Of a stretch of 64,000 nt of DNA, positions 35,101 to 50,000 are shown piece by piece. A program made the position numbers and the translations under genes. The stretch is from Anaeramoeba ignava BMAN (lineage: Eukaryota; Protista; Anaeramoebae). The stretch lies in NCBI GenBank assembly GCA_028826165.1, contig JAPDFW010000072.1, forward strand, positions 186,001-250,000, given 5' to 3'. Within the stretch, counting starts at the first letter, position 1. Each line of letters begins with the position of its first letter. The notes under the pieces are model-generated. The model was not told where the DNA came from. It searched no databases and saw only the letters and a list, made by a program, of their open reading frames with translations.

Positions 35101-38100
35101 AAATTGTAATTATCATCCAATAATTTTCTTAATCTTGATTCCAAACCACTTGAATCATAATAATATTGATTATAATTAATATTAAAAACCATGGTTTTTC
35201 TTTCGTCTTCCAAAGTAAATGAGAAGTTTGAATTTTGAGTATCAGTATGAGTTCTTAAAATCAATTTAGTGATGTTTTTAAAAACATTTTTTCCGATCGG
35301 ATCCTTAGCGATTCCTTCATAAGCCTTAAAAATGTTTGGTAAATATCTTTCAGTAATTTGGTTATAAATCTTTCCTTTATCATCTTGATCAACATCTGTT
35401 GAGAATAAGAAACTAATAATAAATAAATAATAATAAATAAATAAATAAAATTAATTTGTTTGTAATTTAATATTTTATTATTTAATATTTTACCTTTGAA
35501 TATCCAATTCAATCATAAATTGTTCTAATTCAAATGATTTTACGAATTTTGTATTAAATTGCAATATTTGGGGTTGAGCAATATCACTTGCAATAAAAAT
35601 ATTCAAATTGTAATTATCATCCAATAATTTTCTTAATCTTGATTCCAAACCACTTGAATCATAATAATATTGACTAGCATTAACATTGAACACAAGAGTT
35701 GCTTTTTCATCTTCCAAAGTGAATGAAAAGTTTGAATTTTGGTTATCAAGATGAATTTTGATGATTAATTTGTAAATGTTTTTAAACATGTTTTTTCCAA
35801 TAACATTCTGAGAAATTCCTTCAAAAGCTTTGAGGATGTTTGGCAAGTATCTCTCTTTTATTGTATCGAAAATTTTTCCCTTATCATCTTGGTCAACTTG
35901 GTCACTTTTCAAGAATCTATGAAGAAAATGGAATGAATTAAAAATGAATATTAAATATTTAATTAAAATGAATATTGAATTGAATATTGAATTGAATTGA
36001 ATTAAATTGAATTGAATATTAAAATTGAATATTAAATATTGAATTAAATATTAAATATTGAATTGAATTGAATATTAAATTGAATATTGAATTGAATTGA
36101 ATTAAATATTGAATTGAATTGAATTGAATTGAATTGAATATTGAATTGAATTAAATATTGAATTGAATATTGAATTAAATTGAATATTGAAATTGAATTG
36201 AATTAAATTGAATTGAAATTGGAATTGAAATTCAAAATGAATATTGAATATGAATATTGGAATGGGAATTAAATATTGAATTGAATATTGGGAATTGAAT
36301 TATTGAATATTAAATTAAAATTAAATTGAATTGAATTGGAATTAAATTATTGAATTAAATTAAGTATTAAATATTGAATTGAATTGAATATTAAAATTAA
36401 AATTGAATTGAATATTGAATTGAATTGAATTTGAATTGAATTGAATATTGAATTGAATTGAATTGAATTGAATTGAATTGAATATGAATTGAATTGAATG
36501 AATTGAATTGAAATTGAATAAATTGAATTTGAATTAAATTGGAAATTGAATTGGAATTTTGAATTTAAATATTGAATTAAATTAAATATTAAATTGAAAT
36601 ATTGAAAATTGAATGGAATCAAATTGAATTTAAATATTGAATTGAATTGAAAAAATGGAATTGGTGAATAAAAATATTAAATTGAATTTAAATATTGAAT
36701 ATTGAATATTGAATTGAATAATAAAATTAAAATTAAATTGAATTGAAATTGAATTGGAATTGAAATAAAAATTGAATTGAATTGAATTGAATTGAAATTG
36801 AAATTGAATTAAATTGAATATTAAATTAAAATTGAATTCAAAATGGAATTGAATTGAATTGAATTGAAATTTGAATGAATTGAATTGAATTGGAATTAAA
36901 TAAATTAAATTGAATTGAAATTGAATTAAATGAATTAAATAAATTGAATTAAAATAAATGGAATTGAATTGAATTGAATTGAATTAAATTGAATTGAATT
37001 GAATTAAATTAAATTGAATTGAATTAAATTGAATATTAAATATTGAATTGAATTGAATTGAATTAAATTGAATTAAATTAAATTGAATTAAATTAAATAT
37101 TAAATTGAATTAAATTAAATATTGAATTGAATTGAATTGAATATTAAATTCAAAATTGAATTGAATTGAATTGAATTAAATATTAAATATTGAATATTTA
37201 CTGTTTTAATTTCAATTCAATATCAAATTTCATTTCTTCAACACCAATCAACTGGGTAAATTTCTTTTTGAATTCATCAATAATTGGTTTTGCTTGTGAA
37301 TTTTTTTCCCAAACATTGAGATTATAAGTATCATCCAAAAGTTTTCTTAATGCAGGTTCTAAATTGCTTGAATCATAATACATTTGAGATGGTAAAACAT
37401 TGAACACAATTGTTGTATCGTCGTCTTCAAAAAGGAATGAGAAATTTCGAAGTTGTGTTTCTCCTACAATAATTCGAATTGTGAATTTTTGAATAACTGA
37501 CATAACTTTTTGGCCTGATTTATCTTTGATAATTTGTGTAATCCTATTTTTATTTTTAGAATTAAATTCAAAATTAAAATTAAAATTAAAATCAAAATTA
37601 GAATTAGAATTAGAATTAGAATTAGAATTAGAATTAGAATTAGAATTAGAATTAAAATTAGAATTAGAATTAGAATTAGAATTAGAATTAGAATTAGAAT
37701 TAGAATTAAAATTAAAATTAAAATTAAAATCAAAATCAAAATCAAAATTAAATTTGTTATTTTTGATCTTATTATTTTTTGAGTTGGTTAAGATTTGCTT
37801 TTTTTTGAAATTATTCACCAATTCAAAATTAAAATTAGAATTAAAATTAAATTTGAAATTAGAATTAGAATTAGAATTAGAATTAAAATTAAAATTAGAA
37901 TTAGAATTAGAATTAAAATTAAAATTAAAATTAAAATCAAAATCAAAATCAAAATTAAAATTAAAATCAAAATCAAAATTAAAATCAAAATAAAAATCAA
38001 AATCAAAATCAAAATTAAAATTAAAATTAAAATCAAAATCAAAATCAAAATTAAAATTAAAATCAAAATCAAAATCAAAATCAAAATCAAAATTAAAATC

Positions 38101-38475
38101 AAAATTAAAATTAGAATTAGAAAATTAAATTAAAATTAAAATTAGAATTAAAATCAAAATCAAAATCAAAATCAAAATTAAAATCAAAATCAAAATTAAA
38201 ATCAAAATCAAAATCAAAATCGAAATCAAAATCAAAATCAAAATCAAAATTAAATTTAGATTGATTATTTACGCTTTTTCTATATTGGGGATATATCTTT
38301 CAACAGTATATTCAATTGCTTTTGGTTTATCATCTTTTTCAACTTGTGAAGATTTCATAAATTCATCCCAATCAAAGAAAAACTCCATTGTTTTTCCAAT
38401 AAGTCCTGAAATTCTGTTTGCTGCTTCTTGGATTTGAGGTTGATATTTTTTTAAAGCTCTTTTAATTGCTAACAT
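32190..38475 (-). CDS. Multi-exon protein built from ~7 tandem ~140-aa domains of unknown function; last exon garbled
   Basis: Repeated motifs DQDDKGK..ERYLPNI..NFSFTLED..YYYDSSGLESRLRKLL. Introns at 35493-35413, 34989-34905, 34478-34394, 33967-33897 and 33646-32898 restore one frame. ATG at 38475. Confidence 0.85.
35945..37195. repeat. (ATTGA)n pentamer satellite in an intron
   Basis: Directly visible. Confidence 0.92.
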
Positions 38476-38887
38476 TTTGAACTAAATCAAATAGAAAATG
38501 AAAAATGAAGGCAAAAAAAAAATTAAAAAAAGTTTTTTTTTTTGTTTTTTCTTTTTAAATCTTCAATTTTTTATAAAATGACGTTCTTCCTTTTCAAATC
38601 AATTCAAATTCATTTCAATTCAATTCAAATCATTCATTTCTTTTATTTAATAAAAGATTTTAATAAAGAAAATCAATTAATCCAAAAAACAAAAAGTGGA
38701 AAAAAAAATTCAAATCAAAAAAGGTGAAAAAATAATAATTTGACTAAAAATTTCTTTAAAATTACTAATTTTCAATTTTTAATTTATTTTTAACAATAAA
38801 AAATTTTTTTTTATTTTTTCCTTTTAATTTTTTGTTCATTTTATAATTTCTCTTTTAAATAAAAAATTATATAAAATAAAAATAAAA

Positions 38888-41800
38888 ATGCAAAATTTTA
38901 ATGAATTAACAAAACAAATTTTAAATAATTTCGCAAAAGGAAATTGCAATTTTGAGGTTTGAAAATTAATATAGAAAATTTAAATCAAAAAAAAATATAA
39001 CAAAAGATTACAAAAATGATTTGGATTTTTGTAAATTTTTTTTATTGAAAATTTAAAATAAGGTTTTAACAATTCTTCTTTCTACAAAATTTATAAATAA
39101 ATCTGCTCAAATTAAAGCAGTTTTATCTATAACTCAAAAAGAATTGGAATTAAAATTTTCACATGAAAATGATTTACTTGTTTTATCATCCCTTTTTTCG
39201 GATCAAGAAAACTTAAAAGTAAAAAAAATTTTTTATCAAAATTAAATTTGAAATTAAATTTAAAATTAAAATTAAAATCAAATTTAAAATCAAAATTAAA
39301 ATCAAAATTAAAATTAAAATCAAATTTAAAATCAAAATTAAAATTAAAATTAAAATTCATTTATAAAATTAAAATTAAAATTAAAATTAAAATTAAAATT
39401 AAAATTAAAATTAAAATTAAAATTAAAATTAAAATTAAAATCAAAATTAAAATTAAAATTAAAATTAAAATTAAAACCAAAATAAAAATTAAAATCAAAA
39501 TTAAAATTAAAATTAAAATTAAAATTAAAATTAAAATCAAAATTAAAATTAAAAATTAAAAATTAAAATTAAAATTAAAATTAATTGAAAAAATAGTTTA
39601 ACTTTTCTGAACGAACTAATGAATTTACAATTAAAATTAAAGAAAAAGAATTTGGAATAATAACACAATCCAAAAATGAAAAATATATTCTAACGAAAAC
39701 ACTAGAAATGTATCGAGGATATTCTGAATTTAACAATATAATTAACTATTCTTTTAAAATTTTAAAAACAATACTTGGAGGTAAAAAAAATAAAACCATT
39801 ACAAAAATGAATAAAAATTAAAAATGGAAAAAAATAATAAATAATGATTAGAAATTGAAGAAATTGAAGCATTAAGTTTAAGATGCATTAATTATTTACC
39901 TATTAAATTTCAAATTCGATTATTTGTTAAAAGTGCTAAAAAATGGACTAAAAATGAAGGTCCAAAAGTAGTTCTAAGTACAAATGTGAATGATCCAATG
40001 ATTCATTCACAATTAGTTTTAAATTATGAAAATTTTCAAATAATTTCAAATCAATTTAGTTCTCTTATTTTCACAAGAGGAACTAAAAATTTAGAAGTAA
40101 AAAATTAAAATTAAAATTAAAATTCATTTTGAAATTAAAATTAAAATTAAAATTAAATTTAAATTTAAAATTAAAATCAAAATTAAAATTCATTTTGAAA
40201 TTAAAATTCATTTATAAAATTAAAATTAAATTTCATTTTGAAATTAAAATTAAAATTAAAATTCAACTGAAAATTAAAATCAAAATTAAAATTAAAATTA
40301 AAATAAAAATTCATTTTGAAATTTAAAATTAAAATTAAAATTAAAATTAAAATTAAAATTAAAATTAAAATTCATTTTGAAATTAAAATTAAAATTAAAA
40401 TTAAAATTAAAATTAAAATTAAAATTAAAATTAAAATCAAAATTAAAATTTAAATTTAAAATTAAAATTCATTTTGAAATTAAAATTAAAATTCATTTTG
40501 AAATTAAAATTAAACTTTAGTTCTCTATTCTTCAATCAAATATACAAACAATTAAAATTCAAGTAGATAAAGTTAAATTTCTTATAAAAACTGAAAGTAA
40601 AGAAATTACAAATTTACTTTCTTCTTGTTGGAAAAAAATGGATTATACAAATGATAAATTGGAAAAAATGTTACAAAAAGAAATAGAAATAGAAAAAGAA
40701 AAAGAAAATAAAAATAAAAACGAGGAAATTTTGATAAAAAAAATACTAGAATCAACAGAAAAAATAGAAACAGAATTGCAAAAAACACCACAAAAAAATA
40801 AAACACAAGAAAATCAAAAAGAAATGGAAGGAAATTTTCAATTTGATGTAGTTTTAATTAGAACAAATAAAAAAATCATAAATTGCAAAGTGATTTTAAC
40901 TTCTCAAAATATATTGATCAAAATGGATAATCACAAATCAGAAAGAAAATATGATTATGTGTTTGAAAGTGAAGTTATTCCAATTGATGAAAGAAGTTTA
41001 TCATGTGTTTTAAAATTATCATATTTTTTAAAACTTGAAATTGTTTTTACAAGTCTCGAAAATCGGAACAAATTTATCAATACATTTAATAGCTTTAAAA
41101 TGGATTTAATGAAAGAAATTTTGGAACAAGTTACAACAGATAATATTCCAGAAGAACCTGTGATACAATTACCTGTAGAATTGAGAAAAAATTCACATGA
41201 TATTCAGGCTCCTAGAGCAAAATTTTTTTACGAACTTGAAGTTATGGATCGAAATGGTCTTGTTTCAATTAATAAATGTCAGCTTGTGTTTTCAAAAAAA
41301 GCAATTTCCATTTTTTCACAAACTGAAGCTTCAATTTTTTCAATTGGAAAAGAAACGAAGGTAGAAAAATATATAAAATATTCAAAATAAATATTTAAAA
41401 TATTTAAAATATTTAAAATATAAAATATAAAATATAAAATATAAAATAAATATTTAAAATATAAAATATAAAATAAATATTTAAAATATAAAATATAAAA
41501 TAAATATTTAAAATATAAAATATAAAATAAATATTTAAAATATAAAATATAAAATAAATATTTAAAATATTTAAAATATTTAAAATATAAAATATTTTAA
41601 AATATTTAAAAATTTAAAATATAAAAATAAAATAAAATATTTGAAATTTAAAATATAAAAAAAATATTTAAAAATTTAAAATATTTAAAAATAAAAATAA
41701 ATATTTAAATATTTAAAATATTTTAAAAAAATAAAATAAATATTTTAAAATATTTTAAAATATTTTAAAAATATAAAATAAATATTTTAAAAACATTTTA

Positions 41801-43941
41801 AAATATAAAAATATAAAATAAATATTTAAAATTTATAAAAATATAAAATATTTAAAATATTTAAAATATAAAATATAAAATAAATATTTAAAATATTTAA
41901 AATATAAAATATAAAATAAATATTTAAAATATTTAAAATATTTAAAATATAAAATAAATATTTAAAATATAAAATATAAAATATAAAATAAATATTTAAA
42001 ATATTTGAAATATTCAAAATATAAAATAAATATTTAAAATATTTGAAATATTCAAAATAAATAGATGCTAATTCATCCTCAAAAAAATCTTTTGGGAAAA
42101 TTGATTCTTGATGAAGGAACAAGTTATACATTTAGTTTTCATACTCAAGAAGAAAGAAATATGTTTCTTCATTTATTATTACTTTGTAAAAATGAAAATG
42201 AGGAAATGAATGAAAAAGAAATTCAAAATTGTTATTATATTGTTAGTATTTCAAAACCAATTTCAACAAAAGAAACAACAAATCAAGGAACAGTTATTAC
42301 AAAAGATTCAGAGTTATTAATTTTACTTCCAGATCAAACAATTAAAATACCATATTCAATTGGTTTGAAAGTAAAAATTGAATTGAAAATTATTTGAAAT
42401 TTAAAAATTAATTGGAATTTAAAAATTGGAATTTAAAAATTGAAATTTAAAAATTGAAATTTAAAAATTGAAATTTAAAAATTAATTGAAATTTAAAAAT
42501 TGAAATTTAAAAATTAATTGAAATTTAAAAATTGAAATTTAAAATTGAATTTAAAAATTAAAATTTAAAAATTAAAATTTAAAAATTATTTGAAATTTAA
42601 AAATTAATCGAAATTTAAAAATTAATCGAAATTTAAAAATTGAAATTTAAAAATTAATTGAAATTTAAAAATTGAAATTTAAAAATAGGCTCATGTTCAT
42701 CCAGAATTTCCTTGTATTACTAAATTGGTTCTCGATAATCAAACTGAAGAAATTTTTTTACTTCGATTTCTTTCAGAAACATTTTGTCAAAAATTCAATA
42801 AGACATTAAAAAAACAACAAAGAAACTCAGAAATGAAAGAACTTGAAGAAGAATTTAAAGAAGATCCAAAAGGATTTGATGGATATGAACAATTTTTCCA
42901 GAAAATTGAACAAAAAATTGATGAATATAATAATGAACTAAATAATGAAAACTCAAAAACAAACAAAATACAAAAAATTCCAAGAACAAATAAAAAACAA
43001 CTCTTAAAAAAAACTCAATCGGAAAGCTCAGAATTAATAGAATTACAAAAAAAAGAAAAACCTTTAGATCATTCAGAAAAAATAATCGAACAAAATCAGG
43101 AATTACTTTAGAAAAAAATATTGAAAATGAAAATCAATTAGAAAATGATATTGAAAATGATATTGAAAATATTGAAAATCAATATCAAAATCAAAATCAA
43201 AAAAATCAACAACTTACCACATATTCATCTTTGGAGGATAATAGCCAATCTCAACAAGAAGAAGAATTTGAGTTTCATGTTGTTCTTTATGGAGAAAAAA
43301 ATCATCGAGAAATTAAAATTTTAATAACAACCCAAAAAATAATCAAACTTTATTACAGAGAACAACTATTTCAACAACAAACAATATTGCCAAACTCACA
43401 AATATTAAAATATACAGACGATCCACCTGTGTATTTAGTATTAATTGGAGCTTCTTCTTATCTTTTTTCTTTTCTAAATTCGAGAGAATCAGAATTTTTC
43501 ATCTCGAAATTTAAAGAAATTCAAGAAATGGAAAGTGAAGAAAAAAAGATGAAGGAATCAAATTCGAAGAAAGAAACAAAACTACTGAAAAAATATAGAA
43601 CTGAAGGATCAATCATTCCCAAATCAAAACAATATCAACAAAAGGAGGAAATCAAGTTTAATATTTTTTTGATTAATTCTCGTTTGAAAACTTCAATTCC
43701 AGGAATTATTTATCTGGATTCATTGGGAATCAAAGTTTCCCAAAAAAATGGAAAGAATGAATGGTTTGTGTTGTATAATGAAGTGGATGTAATGTTGCAT
43801 CCAAGGCTTGCAAGGGTTATTCGTATTAAAACAGAAAAAAGGGATGCGATTATTCGTTTTGAAAATCCTCAAGATATTATTCAATTTTTCGAGTTTGTAA
43901 CAAAGTTTACAAATCAAAAAAAGAAGAAGGATTCAGATTAA
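38888..43941 (+). CDS. Large multi-exon hypothetical protein with repeated beta-rich (PH-like) modules; probable frameshift at ~43100
   Basis: ATG at 38888 followed by GT-AG-bounded coding segments. Recurrent pattern F-x-V...I-x-L...HP...KL...F...ERNxF in ORFs 40638, 42065, 42725 and 43231. The PH-like fold is inferred only. Confidence 0.7.
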
Positions 43942-44069
43942 AAGTTTTTCTTTTTTCTTTTTCTTTTTCTTTTGCTTTTGCTTTTGTTTTTGCTTTTGAA
44001 AAATTTCGAATTGATTGAAAATGAAAATAAATTTAAAATAATCAAAACAAACAAACTTTTTTCATTTAT

Positions 44070-44610
44070 TTTTTTTAAATTATTTTTTTAAATAGATTTA
44101 GAATTTGGATCTTTTTCTTTTTCTTTTTCTTTTCTTTTGTTTTGATTTGATTTGTTTTGATTTGATTTGATTTGATTTGATTTGATTATTTTTTTAAATT
44201 AAAAGAAAAAAAAAATTATTTTTTAAATTTGGATTTTTCATTTTTTTTAAATTATTTTTTTAAATAGATTTAGAATTTGGATCTTTTCTTTTCTTTTTCT
44301 TTTCTTTTTCTTTTCTTTTTCTTTTCTTTTTCTTTTCTTTGTTTTGATTTGTTTTGTTTTGATTATTTTTTTAAATTAAAAGAAAAAAAAAATTATTTTT
44401 CAAATTTGGATTTTTCATTTTTTTTCAATTATTTTTTTAAATAGATTTAGAATTTGGATCTTTTCTTTTCTTTTTCTTTTCTTTTTCTTTTCTTTTCTTT
44501 TCTTTTCTTTTCTTTGTTTTGATTTGATTATTTTTTTAAATTAAAAGAAAAAAAAAATTATTTTTAAATTTGGATTTTTCATTTTTTTTCAATTATTTTT
44601 TTAAATTAAA
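44070..44610. repeat. ~175-bp unit repeated three times in the intergenic/promoter region
   Basis: AAATAGATTTAGAATTTGGATC at ~44090, 44262 and 44439. Confidence 0.9.
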
Positions 44611-44639
44611 AGAAAAAAAAAAAAAAATTTCCAATCAAA

Positions 44640-46735
44640 ATGAAAAAATTTATCAGAAAAAAAGTGTCTAAAAAAAGAGGAGGAATGATTGAGGGTCTTG
44701 ACGCTGCATGGATTTTAGAAGATAAGATTCTACAGATGTCGACACCAGGAGGAAAAGTACATGGAGTGTGGCGAAATCCAGAAAACGAAGTGTTAAAATT
44801 TCTACAAAAAAACAAAGTGTATTACATATTAAAGGTGAACAAAGAATCACGATATGATCAACAACTATTTGAGAAGAATGGGATACAAATATCCACGCTA
44901 GATTGGGAAGATCATCAAGCACCGACGCTAGAACAAGCAGTAATGGGAGTTACTTTGATTTGGCAAATATATCAATCCAATAAATGTGCGATTCATTGCA
45001 CTGCCGGATTGGGAAGAAGTGGGACAATTGTGGCCGCATTTCTGATGTTCTTATTAGATCTCGATCCGGAAACTGCGCGCACAATGGTCCGAAAAAAACG
45101 GACAAATGCAGTGCGAAGAAAACCGCAAATTGAGTTTCTTTTACATTGGCATTCTTTTCTTAAAATAAATCCGTTTATTGTCAAACAAATGAGATCAGCC
45201 TGTCTTATTCCGCCCTCGAATATACAGGCTGTTAGATCATACTTCCAGTTTATTTATTCTTATAACAAGATTTTCTCCTCGTTTTTTTTTGATAATCCTT
45301 CTATTAAATTCGGTGACCATATCACGTATAAGTCTCTTTATTCTCATTCATATTTTAGGATCAATTTTTTCTTTCGTAATGAAAAACTTTATCAGCAACA
45401 GAATAACCTTCATAACTCCCTTGGTTTGCTCCCTATTTTGGGTCTGGAGGATTCCGATATTTATATTGCTGTTCATAATAAAAATAAGAATAAAAAATCA
45501 AAATCTCTTTCTTTGAATAAGACTGAGATCCCCACAAAACCTGTTCAGAATACAAAGGTTCTTTCTGACAAAGCTTTTAATTCTTTGGATAATTCTCCAA
45601 GTCAAAATAATGGCAAGATGAAGGATATTATAAAGGATATTAAAGAAAAAAATAACCAAATTCAAAATTCAAATCAAAATTCAAATCAAAATTTAAATCA
45701 AAATTTAAATCAAAATTTAAATCAAAATTTAAATCAAAATGAAAAAGAATTTGAATTAATTCATGATTTTCATCAAATTAATTTAGAAGAAATTGAAGAT
45801 ACTATTAATAGTTCAGATTTCTCTTCTGATGAAAATGAAAAACAAAATGAAAAACAAAATCAAAATCAAAATCAAAATCAAAATCCAAAATCAAAAATGA
45901 AAATCAAAATCAAAATCAATTAGAAAATCAAAATCAAAATGAAAATCAAATTAAAAATCGAATTAAAAATGAATTAAAAAATGAAAATCAAAAACAAATT
46001 GAAAAAAATGAAAAACAAATTGAAAAAAATGAAAAACAAATCAATTCACTTCTTTTTTTACCAGTATTTCGAAAAACATTAAAAGAATTATCTAGTACAA
46101 TCACATATGTTCCAACTTTTTTAACATTGTTATTCAGAGAAATTCTCATTTATGGAGCAAGCGAAACATTATTTGAATATTTTGGAACAAGAAATTTAGT
46201 AAAAGTTGCTCAATTATACTTTCAAGGAGAAAATATTGATGTTGATAAAAAATACATTTCAAATTCATTTGGATATTTACTTTTGGAATTTTTTTATTTG
46301 CAAGAAGAACCAATTATTCCAAGAGAAAATCAACAAGAAATCCTTGAAAACGTTCAAAATGAAGAAAATGCAATGAAAGTTTTCAGAAAATTACCAATTG
46401 AAAATCAATGTATTCTTGCAAGATTATTTGAATTTCTTGCTGAACTTAATCTGTTTTATCCAACTTTCCATAACTTAAAATTACCAAATTTAAGTGTAAC
46501 TTTCGCTCCTGCTTTATTTGGTTTACATGGTTCTTTTCCTCCTGAAAAATATGATAAACCACTTGAAGAAAAAAAACCTTCTTTGGCTTCAGAACTTTTA
46601 AATCATTCTTTACCAAAAAATAATGAAAAACATCCTTATCCTTCTTTTTATTATCCTGTAGAAACTTTTCCTCGTGCTGCTCGTTTTGTTTTTATTTTAA
46701 TTCGTAAAGCTAAAAAAGATCGTTTTAATTTTTAA
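44640..46735 (+). CDS. PTPDC1-like dual-specificity phosphatase with a C-terminal RhoGAP-like domain; frameshift at ~45890 in the QN repeat
   Basis: HCTAGLGRSG active site, WED acid loop, N-terminal GLDAAWILEDKILQMSTP. C-terminal LLEFFYLQEEPIIP..KLPIENQCILARLFEFL..NLSVTFAPALF. Confidence 0.8.
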
Positions 46736-47028
46736 TTTTTAATTTTTAATTTTTAACAAAATAAAAAGAAAAAAAATAAAATTTTTTGCTTTTTATTTTT
46801 TGTTCCACTTTTTTTGTTTTGATTATTTTTTATCTTTAAAAAAAAAAACTGAAAAAAATTTAAAAGGAAAATTATTTTTGGTTTTTTTTTTAAACTAAAT
46901 GAAGTTAGTTGATTTTTAACTTTTTAAAAGAAAACCTTTTTTTTTTAAAAAAAAAATTATTTCTGAAATTGTTCAAAACTTTTAAAAGAAAAAAAAGAAA
47001 AAAAAGAAAAAGAAAAAAAGAAACTTAT

Positions 47029-50000
47029 TTATTTTCTGCGAACTGCTTCACATGCTTTCTTTGCTGCTTCTCCTAAATCATTTGCTGGAATAATTGGTAA
47101 ACCACTTTCTTTGAAAATTTGTTTTCCAAGATCAACATTTGTTCCTTCAAGTCTAACAACAAGTGGAACCTTTAATCCAAGAATTTTAACAGCATTAACA
47201 ATTCCTTTAGCAATAACATCACATTTCATAATTCCACCAAAAATATTAACTAAAATAGCTTTAACCTTTTAAATTTAATTATTTTTAATTTTTAATTTTT
47301 AATTTTTAATTTTTAATTTTTAATTTTTAATTTTTAATTTTTAATTTGAAATTTTCAAAATTTTCTTGTTTTGGGAAATTTTCTTGTTTTTTTTTTTTGG
47401 TAAAATTACTTGAGGATCAGAAGAAATGATTTTAAAAGCCTCAACAATTTGTTCTTCTTCAGCACCACCTCCAACATCTAAGAAATTTGCTGGATTTTCT
47501 CCATTAAGTTTGATGATATCCATTGTTGCCATTGCTAATCCTGCTCCATTAACCATACATCCAATATTTCCATCCATTGGAACATAAGAAAGATCATATT
47601 TTTTAGCTGCAAGTTCTCTTGGATCTGTTTCTGAATCATCTTTCCATGCAAAAATATCTTTTTGTCTATATTCTGCACTATCATCAAAATTGAATTTTGC
47701 ATCAAGAGCAACAACTATAAATTTAAAATAATTTTAAAAATAAATTTGAAATAAATTTAAAATGAATTAAAATAAATTTGAAATAATTTTAAAAATAAAT
47801 TTGAAATAAATTTGAAATAATTTGAAATAATTTGAAATAATTTTGAAATAATTTTGAAAAAATTAAAATAATTTAAAATAATTTTAAAATGAATTAAAAT
47901 AAATTGAAATAAATTTAAAAATAATTTGAAATAAATTAATATAAAATAAATTGAAATAAATTTGAAATAAATTGAAAAATTGAAATTTGAAATAAATTGA
48001 AATAAATTGAAATAAATTGAAATAAATTAAAATAATTTGAAATAAATTGAAATAAATTGAAATAAATTGAAAATAAATTGAAATAAATTGAAATAAAATA
48101 ATTTTGAAATAAATTAAAATAATTTAAAATAATTCAAAATAAATTTGAAATGAATTTAAAAATAAATTTGAAATAAATTTGAAATGAATTTAAAATAAAT
48201 TTAATATAAAATAATTTGAAATAATTTTGAAATAAATTTAATATAAAATTTACCTTGTCCTTCATTAGTTTCAACAAGTGGATTGATTTCAACTAATGTA
48301 GAATCAGTTTTAGTAAATAAATTGTATAATTTATCAACTTCTCTAATAATATCAGGCCAAGCATATCTGGGAAATTCTAAAAATTGTGCAATTTCTTCCT
48401 TTTGTTTTTGTGTTGGACCAGTTTTGATATCAATTGGAAATTTGGCAATATATTGTGGTGATGATTCTGCAACTTCTTCAATATCAACTCCTCCTTTTGG
48501 TGAAACAACAATAACTGGTCCTTGTGTTTTTCTATCAAGAAGAATTGCGAAATATAATTCTCTTTTGATATTTTTCATCTCTGCAATCATTAACTATTTG
48601 ACAATTTGAATGAAAATATTATTTCAAAATATTTTTTTCATTTTTTTCCATTAACATGATTTGAATGAAATTATTTCAAAATATTTTTTTCATTTTTGAA
48701 TATAAACCTTTTTGCATAATTTTCCTTCAGGTCCTGATTGTTTAGTTCTTAAATGAAATCCAATCATATTTTTGGCACAATCTTTAACTTCTTCAGCACT
48801 GTAAAATCAAAATTCATTTATAAAAATTAAAATTAAAATTAAAATTAAAATTAAAATTAAAATTAAAATTAAAATTAAAATTAAAATTAAAATTAAAATT
48901 AAAATTAAAATTAAAATTAAAATTAAAATTAAAATTAAAATTAAAATTAAAATTAAAATTAAAATTAAAATTAAAATTAAAATTAAAAATTAAAATTAAA
49001 ATTAAAATTAAAATTAAAATTAAAATTAAAATTAAAATTAAAATTAAAATTAAAATTAAAATTAAAATTAAAATTAAAATTAAAATTTAAAATTAAAATT
49101 AAAATTAAAATTAAAATTAAAATTAAAATTAAAATTAAAATTAAAATTAAAATTAAAATTAAAATTAAAATTAAAATTAAAAATTAAAATTAAAATTAAA
49201 ATTAAAATTAAAATTAAAAAATTAAAATTAAAATTAAAAATTAAAAATTAAAATTAAAATTAAAATTAAAATTAAAATTAAAATTAAAATTAAAATTAAA
49301 ATTAAAATTAAAATTAAAATTAAAATTAAAATTAAAATTAAAATTAAAATTAAAATTAAAATTAAAATTAAAATTAAAATTAAAATTAAAATTAAAATTA
49401 AAATTAAAATTAAAATTAAAATTAAAATTAAAATTAATATTAAAATTAAAATTAAAATTAAAATTAAAATTAAAATTAAAATTAAAATTAAAATTAAAAT
49501 TAAAATTAAAATTAAAATTAAAATTAAAATTAAAATTAAAATTAAAATTAAAATTAAAATTAAAATTAATTTATAAAATTAAAATTAAAATTAATATTAA
49601 AATTAAAATTAAAATTAAAATTAAAATTAAAATTAAAATTAAAATTAAAATTAAAATTAAAATTAAAATTAAAATTAAAATTAAAATTAAAATTAAAATT
49701 AAAATTAAAATTAAAATTAAAATTAATATTAAAATTAAAATTAAAATTAAAATTAAAATTAAAATCAAAATTAAAATCAAAATTAAAATTAAAATTAAAA
49801 TCAAAATTAAAATTAAAATTAATATTAAAATTAAAATTCATTTATAAAATTAATTACGATTTGCAAAAACGAATTCCACCTTGGAAATTGTTTTCAATAA
49901 AATGACCTTTGCCTCTTCCACCTGTATGAACTTGAGATTTAACAGCTACCTTATCAAGACCCAAATCTTTGAAGGCATTTGCAGCTTCATCAGGAGTATC

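Noticed and set aside
37595-37915. (TTAGAA)n as an interstitial telomere-like repeat
   Set aside because: It is a one-base variant of the ubiquitous (TTAAAA)n lattice inside an intron; no G-rich telomeric unit.
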